A DNA stretch of 64,000 bases from Candidatus Poribacteria bacterium (GTDB lineage Bacteria; Poribacteria; WGA-4E; PCPOR2b), in NCBI GenBank assembly GCA_965215015.1, contig OZ244042.1, forward strand, positions 5,088,001 to 5,152,000, given 5' to 3'. This document shows positions 32,045 through 40,605 of the stretch, one piece after another. The notes beneath the pieces are model-generated. The model ran no database searches. It was not told the origin of the DNA and was given only the letters and a program-made list of their open reading frames with translations. A program made the position numbers and the translations under genes. The stretch's first letter is position 1, and the number at the start of each line of letters is the position of its first letter.

Positions 32045-32730
32045 CCTACTTGACAATCACCCTCCGCTCCGTCGCAGTGAAATCCTCTATTTCCAACCGA
32101 TAAAAGTAGACTCCCGTCGCAACACGCTCTCCCAACGTATTTCTCCCATCCCAATGCGCCTCACAATTTCAGGAAAGATAAACCCCTGCCGGTTGTTGCC
32201 CGAGATTCAAGGTGTGAACCCGCACCGGCGATGGGGTTGCAAGCTGATAGGGTATCCACGTCTCGGGGTTGAGTGGATTGGGATAGTTGGGGAGTGGTGC
32301 GCCCCATCGTAACTGGCGGCAACAGTATCCCGACTAAAAATTATGCGCCGATATGGCAGAGATAACTCTGCAACCAGTCGTCTGGCCCGTGTATCCCAAA
32401 TCTGCACCGCAGGCGCGTAAGTATCCCCATCGGGACCACGAACACTTGTTGTGAACCCCCTGGGGCTGCTGCATTCGTTCCCTTATCATAGTGCATCTCC
32501 GCGATAATTTCCGTTGTGGCGATGTCCCGAACGCGAGCAACACCCCTAGCTATAACAAAGTATCTACCATCATCGCTAAATCCGATCTGGATTGGATGAC
32601 CGTGGCCTTCAAACCTGCCACTTAACTTTCCAGTGTCTACCTCCCAACACCGCACATTTGCGGAACGATACTGTATGCCAAATCATCGATACGACCTTCA
32701 CCCCCGGTCAGCGTCTCAACTACCTGTCCC
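32045..32730 (-). pseudogene. Decayed WD40-repeat protein with C-terminal FlgD-Ig/T9SS-A-like sorting domain
   Basis: Fragments RCWEVDTGK..FEGH, FSDDGRY, QIWDT; then PNYPNPLNPETWIPYQLA...GVYLS*...WDGRNTLGERVATGVYFYRL with stops, frameshifts and deletions. Confidence 0.75.
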
Positions 32731-32791
32731 GTAATGTACATTAGGTTACGGCATACGGAGTATGCCTACTACTAGCAACTTGCGTTAAAAT

Positions 32792-32832
32792 AAAAAAAGC
32801 CGTCTCAAAGAAATCACCTCAAGACGGCTTTT
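32792..32832 (-). terminator. Intrinsic terminator of the ECF operon (possibly bidirectional)
   Basis: AAAAAAAGCCGTCT-loop-AGACGGCTTTT. Confidence 0.7.
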
Positions 32833-32856
32833 CTATTTTTCGTAGGGAATAATCCA

Positions 32857-33414
32857 CTATTTGATCGCGGCCCTCGCCGCAAGTATGTCCTTCCCGCGTC
32901 CTTGTTCTTGCAGTGCAATCAAGGTCTGTAACGTTTTCCTCAGTTCTTGACGATAGCTATAGCTGAAAACCACAAATTGGGCCTGTTGTTCAACAGTCAA
33001 GATCTGGTTAATTTCGTCCATGATCTTTTGTCTTTCGGCAATGAACCCATTCTCGACTTCGCGGTGATGTGTTAAGGCGGTTTGTAACTCAACCTGTGCT
33101 GTCTTAGAGTCAACCGGGGTGGCTTGTAATTGCTTTAGTAGGTTCATACTTCGCCGGTGTTCCTGCCTATACCGCATTTTTAACTTTTCCAGTTTGTTGA
33201 ACTGGCTTAATAAAGGCAGCTTTTGCTCTGCCGTTGGTGAAACTGCATCAACCAACTTCCAAATTTTGAGGGTTTCAACCAATTCAGCTATCTCGCTCTC
33301 GCTTGGCGTTGTCGGTCGGGAAGCCGGTGTGTCTGCTTTGATGAACGGAATCAAGAACACCAGCGCGAGCACTACAGGGATTACCAAAAGCAATGGTAGA
33401 TAACGACGTTTCAT
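32857..33414 (-). CDS. Exported helical protein, Spy/CpxP-like
   Basis: Signal peptide; LTVEQQAQF (LTxEQ) motif; third gene of the ECF operon. Confidence 0.6.
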   Translation of the reverse strand: MKRRYLPLLLVIPVVLALVFLIPFIKADTPASRPTTPSESEIAELVETLKIWKLVDAVSPTAEQKLPLLSQFNKLEKLKMRYRQEHRRSMNLLKQLQATPVDSKTAQVELQTALTHHREVENGFIAERQKIMDEINQILTVEQQAQFVVFSYSYRQELRKTLQTLIALQEQGRGKDILAARAAIK

Positions 33415-33441
33415 AGATAGTATCCTCCTTTGAAAGTTTTT

Positions 33442-34107
33442 TTACTCCAAGACGGTAAAAGCAAATTGATCTGTCGTCGAAGGAACAGCATCAGTGAAAA
33501 CCTCATCTCCAAAAGCTTCAACGTTGATTTCGGCATTAATGACATGGAACCATTGGTTGACAAGGTCGGTGGATGCCTCCGAATTTGGCAGTCGAATTTC
33601 ATCCACAAGTGAACTCCGGCTGTCCCAAATCGAAGGCACGTCTAGGCGTTGAAGTTCACGATTTAACTGTTCCCGCAACTGTTCTACAGGGATTTCAGCC
33701 ATAAAACTTGGGGAAATGAGCACATCAAAAGTCGAGGCATCGGTTGAGGCTCTGAATAAGGGACTGTTGGAAAGTCCCCAGAAGCTTAAAAGGAGAACCA
33801 ATACACAAGCCCCACCTGCCATTTTCCATCCTTGCCTCCTTACCCAAAGGAGAAGGTGATTTTCTTCAAATCCTTGACTCTGCGAAATTCTCATACGGAG
33901 AGTGGGCCAAAACGCTCTCCATGCCTCTGGCGTGGGATACTCTACCGGCAGACTGCTAGCATGATGGATTGTTTCCTCAAAGATTTGCAATTCTTTTTCG
34001 CAGTGAGGGCAGGCGTCAATATGAAGTTCTAATTGCTGGGACCGTTTTGGATATAACGTTCCCTCAATATATGCTGGTATTAATTTTTCGACTAATTTAC
34101 ATTTCAT
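33442..34107 (-). CDS. Zinc-binding anti-sigma factor (zf-HC2) with TM helix
   Basis: HIDACPHC (HxxxCxxC) and one hydrophobic helix. Confidence 0.85.
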   Translation of the reverse strand: MKCKLVEKLIPAYIEGTLYPKRSQQLELHIDACPHCEKELQIFEETIHHASSLPVEYPTPEAWRAFWPTLRMRISQSQGFEENHLLLWVRRQGWKMAGGACVLVLLLSFWGLSNSPLFRASTDASTFDVLISPSFMAEIPVEQLREQLNRELQRLDVPSIWDSRSSLVDEIRLPNSEASTDLVNQWFHVINAEINVEAFGDEVFTDAVPSTTDQFAFTVLE

Positions 34108-34113
34108 GAGGAA

Positions 34114-34689
34114 TCAATTTTCTTCTAAGTAAGGTACAAGTAGGTCTCGTAGTTTTCGCGTCGCGCTAAAGAGATGGGCTTTGACGCTTCCGACACGCAG
34201 ATGGAGCACATCGGCAATTTCACGAAGTGCTAATCCTTCATAGTGCCTTAAAATAAACACTTGCTTCTGGCGCGGAGACAACTGTTGGATGGCATTCCTA
34301 ATTTCCCTTCCAAGCTCAGCCTGTTCTAAGCCCTGCATTGTAACATCTTCGACACCGCCTGAAGGGAATAGGAAATCATCAGCAGGAAATTCTTCGACAA
34401 AAGAGATATTTTTATGACTTGCCCGACGGCGTGTATAATCAATGCACGCATTTTTAGCAATCCGATAAATCCATGTGTAAAATGTGGATTTGCTTTCAAA
34501 GCGATTGAGTGCCTTGAAGCTTCTGAAGAAGATCTCCTGAGACAGATCGTACGCATCCTCCGGATGGTGAGTAAAGCTATAAGCAAGCTCGTAAATCCGT
34601 TTCTGATACTTCTGAACCAACTCACCAAAAGCACGGGTATCCCCGCACTGTGCTCTTTTAACGAGGTAGCGATCTGGATCTTCTTTCAT
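34114..34689 (-). CDS. ECF RNA polymerase sigma factor
   Basis: AFGELVQKYQ, DLSQEIF, FYTWIYRIAKN, region 4 EIADVL..VGSVK. Confidence 0.93.
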   Translation of the reverse strand: MKEDPDRYLVKRAQCGDTRAFGELVQKYQKRIYELAYSFTHHPEDAYDLSQEIFFRSFKALNRFESKSTFYTWIYRIAKNACIDYTRRRASHKNISFVEEFPADDFLFPSGGVEDVTMQGLEQAELGREIRNAIQQLSPRQKQVFILRHYEGLALREIADVLHLRVGSVKAHLFSATRKLRDLLVPYLEEN

Positions 34690-34705
34690 GGCGTTTGTCC
34701 CGTAG

Positions 34706-34732
34706 TAGACGCAGTAAAAAAAGAAAAGTTTA
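34706..34732 (-). promoter_or_regulatory. ECF-type autoregulatory promoter
   Basis: Minus strand TAAAC-N16-CGTCTA, 16 nt upstream of the sigma ATG. Confidence 0.6.
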
Positions 34733-34814
34733 GGTAACTCCAGCTGAGCCTTACAACCCGGCTAAGACCTGCGATAGTACAGAATTGAGACAGAGGGAGG
34801 GATAAGTACAGAAG

Positions 34815-34891
34815 TGGAGCCGGTGAGAGGATTTGAACCTCCGACCTGTTGATTACGAATCAACCGCTCTGACCAACTGAGCTACACCGGC
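34815..34891 (-). tRNA. tRNA-Thr(CGT)
   Basis: GCCGGTGTAGCTCAGTTGGTCAGAGCGGTTGATTCGTAATCAACAGGTCGGAGGTTCAAATCCTCTCACCGGCTCCA; CCA encoded. Confidence 0.95.
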
Positions 34892-34941
34892 ACATAAGAA
34901 AAACGGTCCCAACACAGATGATGAGACCGTAAGAATAGGGA

Positions 34942-35014
34942 TGCCGAGGGGCAGAATTGAACTGCCGACACATGGATTTTCAGTCCACTGCTCTACCGAC
35001 TGAGCTACCTCGGC
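34942..35014 (-). tRNA. tRNA-Phe(GAA)
   Basis: GCCGAGGTAGCTCAGTCGGTAGAGCAGTGGACTGAAAATCCATGTGTCGGCAGTTCAATTCTGCCCCTCGGCA; CCA not encoded. Confidence 0.95.
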
Positions 35015-35033
35015 ACGATTAAAAGTGGGTAGA

Positions 35034-35063
35034 ATAATACCAAATGAATAAAGTGGATGTCAA
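35034..35063 (-). promoter_or_regulatory. Sigma-70 promoter for the tRNA pair
   Basis: TTGACA-N18-TATTAT about 20 nt upstream of tRNA-Phe. Confidence 0.65.
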
Positions 35064-35173
35064 GCGTTTTTTTACTTCGGGCACCCAAACCATACGGATT
35101 GAGCCAACCGGGCGGCGACAGTGAATCCCAAAGCAGTCGGCACGCGGAGCGTGCCCGCCCCCGGCTTACGGGG

Positions 35174-35277
35174 AAGGAGGGGTTACGGCATACGGCGTAT
35201 GCCTTAATTAAGTTCGTAGTAGCGCAATTCATTGCGCGTAAGGAGGGGTTACGGCAAACCGCGTATGCCTACTACCT
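35174..35277. repeat. Tandem REP copies
   Basis: AAGGAGGGGTTACGGCA...CGTATGCCT occurs twice, separated by GTAGTAGCGCAATTCATTGCGC. Confidence 0.65.
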
Positions 35278-35388
35278 TAAAGACGTGCAATGAACATGCT
35301 ACTACAAGCTCAATGTGTAACACCTAAGTAAAATAAAAAGCCCTATGCGCTGTATATAGGGCTTGAGGTCAATCTGAAATGTTTTCTA

Positions 35389-35796
35389 TTATCGCGGTTG
35401 GACGCCTGGCCACTGATCATCGCTTGCTGTCACATCTACTACAATTCCGTCAGGGTCTTCCACCTTGAACGATTCGTCCGGGGGCGAATCCGGATCGTAG
35501 GCTTTTCCGCCAACTCCATCCGATATAATTGTGAAGCCATTCGCCTCACACCGCTGCGCTGCTTCCTGTAGGTCTGGGACACGAACACCGATGTGGAGAT
35601 AGTCCAGCATTCCACCAACGTGCGGCGGACGTTCGGGGCCATTGTGCTGAAAGACCCGGAAGTTGTGGTAGCCATCGGTGAGATCGTAGCAGCCATCCAT
35701 TGTTGAAAACACTTTCAATCCGAGGGCATCGCGCCAAAATCGGATAGTCTCCTCTAAATTGGTGGCGCGGACACCGATATGTACGAGGGTTGACAT
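35389..35796 (-). CDS. VOC/glyoxalase family protein
   Basis: HIGVR...FWRDALG, second HIGVRV, EDPDG. Confidence 0.85.
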   Translation of the reverse strand: MSTLVHIGVRATNLEETIRFWRDALGLKVFSTMDGCYDLTDGYHNFRVFQHNGPERPPHVGGMLDYLHIGVRVPDLQEAAQRCEANGFTIISDGVGGKAYDPDSPPDESFKVEDPDGIVVDVTASDDQWPGVQPR

Positions 35797-35888
35797 TACT
35801 GATTCCTCCTTGTAGAAAAGGTTACAAAGTACGGGGAATTATAGCACACTTGCATCAAGGGAAAAACAAAAAAACACTTCGAGCGCGT

Positions 35889-36323
35889 TTAATGTACAGC
35901 GATGCTATCCCGAATCCTCTCCAATGTTTTCTCCCCAATGCCTTTGACGTTGGTAAGGTCATCAACGGTGGAAAATTCGCCGGAGATTTGACGGTATTCA
36001 ATAATGCGTTGCGCCATTACAGGTCCAATACCTTGCAGTGTTTGTAATTCTTGGGAGGTCGCGGTATTGATATTAATGTGCACCCTATCTGACGGTACAG
36101 ACCTCTTTACGGAAAGCTGCGAGGACACAGAAGGAACAGATGGGGTGGAAGGTGGAGGTGATGTAGGTAAAGGTGGGGCCGCTTCTGTCTCGATAACGAG
36201 ATCGGGTTCACCGAGAAAAAGCGCGGGGTGAAAATGCTTTAACATCCAATACCCCCCGGCGGCAAGTATCACGACAACGAGAGCAATAATAACCTTGTTA
36301 TATTCTGATTCGAGGAGGTCCAT
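35889..36323 (-). CDS. ComEA-like helix-hairpin-helix DNA-binding membrane protein
   Basis: TM helix, Pro/Ser linker, ININTAT..EL..LQGIG..A.RII.YR, VKGIG. Confidence 0.88.
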   Translation of the reverse strand: MDLLESEYNKVIIALVVVILAAGGYWMLKHFHPALFLGEPDLVIETEAAPPLPTSPPPSTPSVPSVSSQLSVKRSVPSDRVHININTATSQELQTLQGIGPVMAQRIIEYRQISGEFSTVDDLTNVKGIGEKTLERIRDSIAVH

Positions 36324-36344
36324 CTTCTATCTGTACCGACCTAG

Positions 36345-37430
36345 CTATTTAATCCAGCCGCCACCAACGACGGTGTCGCCATCATAGAATACCGCTGCCT
36401 GTCCCGGAGTCACAGCACGACGCGGTTGATCAAACTTGACTTCCACCTCTGTGTCCCCCAAGGGACTAATCGTCGCCGCTGCCCCTGCATCCTTATAGCG
36501 AATCTTGACATCGGATCGTATCGGCTCAGTTAGCTTATCCATCGTGATGAGGTTCACCTTCTCGACCTGCATTGTATCCGCCAAGAGGTCTTCGTTCTTT
36601 CCAACGACAATGGTGTTGTCGTGAACCTTTAACTCCGTAACATAGAGCGGCGTATTGGCAGAAATCCCCAACCCTCTCCGTTGGCCAACCGTATAAAACG
36701 GGATTCCTTGATGCGCTCCGAGCACCTGACCTTCTTGGTCAACGATAGTGCCTTCCTGAATATTTTCAGGGATTCGATCCGTAAGAAATCGCTTGTAGTT
36801 GTCATCTGCTATAAAGCAGAGCTCTTGGCTTTCCGGCTTCTCCGCTGTTCGCAACTGATACTTCCGTGCTACCTCTCTTACCTCGTCCTTTGCGTACCCG
36901 CCAAGCGGCATCAACGCGCGGCTCAACTGTGCCTGTGTCAACGAAAACAGGAAGTAGGACTGATCTTTGCGGGAATCAATCCCTTTGTGCAAGGTATAGC
37001 GACCTGTCTCCGGATCGCGTTCGATTCTGGCGTAGTGCCCTGTCGCTACGTGCTCAACTTCCAATTGCGTTGCGAGCTCAAGTAGTTTCCCAAACTTCAA
37101 GTCCTGATTGCAGATGACGCAGGGGCTCGGTGTCCGTCCAGAAACGTATTCGTCAGTAAAGTAATCAATGATACTCTGGCGGAAAGGTGTTTCGTAATTG
37201 ACGGCGTAAAACGGTATCCCCAACTGTGTCGCAACCCGCCGTGCATCCTCAACACCCTCAAGCGAGCAACAGCTCGGCTTATCCGACTCGATCTCGATTG
37301 TGTCATGTGTACCGAGTCGCATGGTAATTGCAATCACATCATAGCCGGCTTCAACCATCAATGCCGCAGTTACTGAACTATCAACACCGCCGCTCATCGC
37401 AGCGATAACCTTCGTGTCCAATATAATCAC
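36345..37430 (-). CDS. mnmA: tRNA-specific 2-thiouridylase
   Basis: AMSGGVDSS, TPSPCVICN, ATGHYAR, KDQSYFL, ESQELCF, TVGQRRG, TPGQAAVFY. Confidence 0.97.
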   Translation of the reverse strand: MIILDTKVIAAMSGGVDSSVTAALMVEAGYDVIAITMRLGTHDTIEIESDKPSCCSLEGVEDARRVATQLGIPFYAVNYETPFRQSIIDYFTDEYVSGRTPSPCVICNQDLKFGKLLELATQLEVEHVATGHYARIERDPETGRYTLHKGIDSRKDQSYFLFSLTQAQLSRALMPLGGYAKDEVREVARKYQLRTAEKPESQELCFIADDNYKRFLTDRIPENIQEGTIVDQEGQVLGAHQGIPFYTVGQRRGLGISANTPLYVTELKVHDNTIVVGKNEDLLADTMQVEKVNLITMDKLTEPIRSDVKIRYKDAGAAATISPLGDTEVEVKFDQPRRAVTPGQAAVFYDGDTVVGGGWIK

Positions 37431-37674
37431 CTACCTCCACAATTTGCAGAATGAAATTATAATCTAAGTGACTACCTGTCGCCCCACTGGGGCTAAAGAA
37501 GGAGTGGGCCAACCACGCTTCTAAGTCCCTTGGTTTCTCATTCGATATAGTTAAAAGTACAAAATATCAATAGGCTTTAAGTGAATTTTATATTAGGAAT
37601 TATATTAAGGATAGCATACGCTCTCATGCGTTGTCAAGATCTTCAGAATTTCTAGAAAGTTTTGACAATTTTAC

Positions 37675-37703
37675 TTGACTACTTTATATTTGTGTGGTAT
37701 AAT
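37675..37703 (+). promoter_or_regulatory. Near-consensus sigma-70 promoter
   Basis: TTGACT-N17-TATAAT with extended TG. Confidence 0.7.
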
Positions 37704-37802
37704 TCACATTTGGAAAAACGAGGATTAACATATTGTGAAATGCAACCCCCTTCGTAACCTAGTGAAAGTATGATGTATATACATAAAGAAAGGAACTCCC
37801 AA

Positions 37803-37979
37803 GTGAAAACAGCATCTTCATCAAAAGTAACTAAAGCAATCCACGTGATCAAAGATCAGTGTTGCGCCAAGTGTGGTACGCAAGCGAAAGGCTTTGTCTA
37901 CCGCAAAGCGCATCCGATTTACTACTGCCGCAGATGCTTGCGCGATGAGATTGACAATCGTGGACAATTGGTCGCGTAA
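37803..37979 (+). CDS. Small Cys-rich (CxxC...CxxC) zinc-finger-like protein
   Basis: 58 aa from GTG after AAGGA; CAKC...CRRC; own promoter and downstream terminator. Confidence 0.55.
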   Translation: MKTASSSKVTKAIHVIKDQCCAKCGTQAKGFVYRKAHPIYYCRRCLRDEIDNRGQLVA

Positions 37980-38110
37980 GTGTAACGCAAATTGCTAGGT
38001 GATAAACCAAGCGTCAAAAACCGACGCAAGGGTCGGGAATTCCAATTCCCGACTCCTACACAATACAGCCGGTAGGGGACGCACCTTCTAAGTCGCGATT
38101 TGCGTTACAA

Positions 38111-38152
38111 AACTAAAAAAGGGCGTACCCACAGGCGCGCCCTTTTTTAGTT
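38111..38152. terminator. Bidirectional intrinsic terminator
   Basis: AACTAAAAAAGGGCG...CGCCCTTTTTTAGTT between convergent genes. Confidence 0.8.
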
Positions 38153-38166
38153 GTTCGTTTGATATA

Positions 38167-40014
38167 CTAATTATCATCCTCACGTTCACTGAGCAACTCG
38201 CCACGTGCCAGCCGTTCCGCATTCTCGGTTGACCAGAGGATATTCTTCATCAACTTTTGTGCGGTGATGTAACGGGTCGCCGCGAGGAGATGCATCCGCT
38301 TCTCCTCGGAGTCGCTAGTCAGCGCATAGTGCCGAAAAGCGACTTCGAGCACCTGAAACATGTGAAGTTCTGCATCTTCACGGAGTAGAATGTGAGCCAA
38401 TGCACGCTTGAGCGCGTCAACGTCGTGACCTTCCTCCCAATATTGGTTCACAAGGATTTCCGCTTCGTAGACCTTTTGGAAGTCGGCAAACTCCTGAAAA
38501 CGATCCAACATCTCATCAACGGAGTCGAAAGCTTCGTCAAGCCGTTGACCGAGGCGGGGGATACGCGCCGCCGGCATGTTCAACCAGCGTAGGTAGTTCA
38601 GGAACACGGCACCGTGGAAGATTCCACGTAAAAGGTCTGCGCTCGGTGCGTAGTGGGACGCGCAGTAAAGCGCGTGTGCGTAGGAGTAAATGTTTGCCAC
38701 GTCGTGCCAATCGCCCTCATTCTTGAGATGGAAGCGCGCGGTCCGAATCGCTGCAGCGTAAGTCATAGCTCGGCAGATATCGGTCGGTTTCACACCGGCG
38801 CGAAGTTTCTCCTCAATCTCCGCAACAATCGGCACAAAATCGTCGCCAAGCATCGTTTCGGTGAAATCCGAAATATTGAGTTCCGCCGCATTGGCTTGGT
38901 TCGCCTCCCAGATTTCATCCAACCGATTGAAGATTGGCTCCAGCACCGGCACACTATCTGCCCATCGGGACGTCTCCTCATGCCGTGTCCGGCTAACCAA
39001 ATCGACCACAATTGGACGCAAGATCTCATGTGCGCCCTCCCACTCGACGTAATCCAACGCTTCAAACATCTTGTTGGCAAAATCGAGGGCGTGACCGTCG
39101 CCGGTGAAGTAGAAATCAGTGGCAGCAGTAAACACGAAATCCGCTATGACCGATTTGCCGTAGCCGCGGTCATTCAGCGTGAGCAGAATGCGCTCAGCGG
39201 CACCGCGGTCCCGTTTGTCGATAAAATAGCGGAACCATCGTTTCAGGGTTGCGAGGTCGTGTTCCTCTGTGGCCTGTGGGAACGGCGCACGATATGGACG
39301 CGAACTTCCCGATGTTCGACGGCTGATCTGCACCAGTCCATGTACGAGGAATAGGTTGTGATCTTTCGGGTCCACCTCGTCCCATAAATTCGCTGCGAGC
39401 GTCAGAATGGCAACGCCGGATGACCAGCCCTCGCTGCTTTTATGGGCACCATAGTGAAGCCCTTGCTGAATAATCTCCTGTGATGTTGCCCCTGCATCGG
39501 TGAGTGCTGTAACTGCCTTCGCAATGAAGAAGGAACTCCGGTCCTTGAGCCCTCGTTCAAGGGCGCGCTTGCCACGGTCAATGACACGGCGTTTTGCTGC
39601 ATCTCGCTCGCCACGGGCCAGCCCAACGTACAGATACCCGTCATCGCGCACCGTAACCGGGAATGCTTTCAGATCATCCCCAGATGCGAGAAAGCAACCG
39701 CCCGATTTGAGGTCAAATTCCCAGTGGTGCCAGTGGCAAATCAACACACCATCTCGGACGCTGCCTTCGGACATCGGATAGCCCATGTGCGGACAGCGGT
39801 TATCAACCGCGTAAAATTTATCCCGATACTTAAAGATGGCAAGGTGCGTGCCATCTACATGAAAAGGTTTTCCCTCGCCTTCTTCATAGGTATCGGCGGG
39901 GCAGAGTTGATGATAGACCAGATCGGTTTCATCCGTAAAATCTACAGTCGGAAGATCTGCAACATGGATTGAACCTGCCGGTGTTTCTTGAGAGGTACGG
40001 GGTGAAATACTCAT
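38167..40014 (-). CDS. Rieske [2Fe-2S] domain protein with long helical His-rich C-terminal region
   Basis: NRCPH...CHWHH Rieske ligands; GHALDFANK, GDWHDV, ELHMFQ in the helical part. Confidence 0.8.
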   Translation of the reverse strand: MSISPRTSQETPAGSIHVADLPTVDFTDETDLVYHQLCPADTYEEGEGKPFHVDGTHLAIFKYRDKFYAVDNRCPHMGYPMSEGSVRDGVLICHWHHWEFDLKSGGCFLASGDDLKAFPVTVRDDGYLYVGLARGERDAAKRRVIDRGKRALERGLKDRSSFFIAKAVTALTDAGATSQEIIQQGLHYGAHKSSEGWSSGVAILTLAANLWDEVDPKDHNLFLVHGLVQISRRTSGSSRPYRAPFPQATEEHDLATLKRWFRYFIDKRDRGAAERILLTLNDRGYGKSVIADFVFTAATDFYFTGDGHALDFANKMFEALDYVEWEGAHEILRPIVVDLVSRTRHEETSRWADSVPVLEPIFNRLDEIWEANQANAAELNISDFTETMLGDDFVPIVAEIEEKLRAGVKPTDICRAMTYAAAIRTARFHLKNEGDWHDVANIYSYAHALYCASHYAPSADLLRGIFHGAVFLNYLRWLNMPAARIPRLGQRLDEAFDSVDEMLDRFQEFADFQKVYEAEILVNQYWEEGHDVDALKRALAHILLREDAELHMFQVLEVAFRHYALTSDSEEKRMHLLAATRYITAQKLMKNILWSTENAERLARGELLSEREDDN

Positions 40015-40089
40015 GGTGTGCCCTCCTTGTCACGTAAGAGATGACGTGATAAATTACAGTCGTTTTCTGATTCGATCTGACTGATTGAA

Positions 40090-40118
40090 AGTGTAGCGCG
40101 TCTAATGGATCTTGTCAA
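40090..40118 (-). promoter_or_regulatory. Sigma-70 promoter for the Rieske protein gene
   Basis: TTGACA-N17-TACACT on the minus strand. Confidence 0.6.
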
Positions 40119-40123
40119 CATAA

Positions 40124-40275
40124 TTAGCGTTCTATCGGATAGCCGCCGCTCTCGCGCCGCAACCCGTTCAAGAGCACCTTGGCATTTGAGAAGCTGCTTT
40201 CGAGAGTTTCGCTACTAGCGCGGCGGCAGCACCGACACCCGGTCGGTCCCAGTCGATGACAATTGCTGTTTCAAC
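40124..40275 (-). pseudogene. Rhodanese-like domain C-terminal remnant
   Basis: Manual translation VETAIVIDWDRPGVGAAAALVAKLSKA/(G)FSNAKVLLNGLRRESGGYPIER* with a 1-nt frameshift; resembles rhodanese GF.NV.VL.GG...W...GYP.E. Confidence 0.45.
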
Positions 40276-40299
40276 CAAAGTTCCGGTTGCCTAAGCTTT

Positions 40300-40317
40300 A
40301 AGCAAATTTGATGCCAA
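40300..40317 (-). promoter_or_regulatory. Sigma-54 (-24/-12) promoter
   Basis: TTGGCATCAAATTTGCTT with exact GG-N10-GC spacing, facing the Rieske protein gene. Confidence 0.8.
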
Positions 40318-40404
40318 GATCTTCAAAATCGGCAGAACCTGCACTGGTGTTGGACATCGCGCATGAATGAGCAATCAACGAACCGCTCCACATGAGTCTG
40401 CGAG

Positions 40405-40509
40405 TGTTTCAATTTGAAACCACTGGTATGCGCTAGCGTCCGACGCACCAATGCAGGTAGGCTATTCTCAGAATTGTTTCATCTTGAAACCTTGTTCATA
40501 TTTGAAACA
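40405..40509. promoter_or_regulatory. Three palindromic upstream activator sequences
   Basis: TGTTTCAATTTGAAAC (40405), TGTTTCATCTTGAAAC (40475), TGTTCATATTTGAAACA (40493), about 90-190 bp upstream of the sigma-54 site. Confidence 0.7.
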
Positions 40510-40516
40510 AAAAGAG

Positions 40517-40546
40517 TTGACAGGAAATCGCATTATATGGTATAAA
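40517..40546 (+). promoter_or_regulatory. Sigma-70 promoter of the activator gene
   Basis: TTGACA-N18-TATAAA, directly beside the third palindrome. Confidence 0.6.
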
Positions 40547-40605
40547 GGCCAAATAAAATAGAGAAAAGGAAGCCTATCAGCCCGTTTCACCTATGGGAGG
40601 GAAAA

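Noticed and set aside
34740-34830. Genomic island integrated at tRNA-Thr
   Set aside because: No integrase and no duplicated tRNA 3' end seen in the window.
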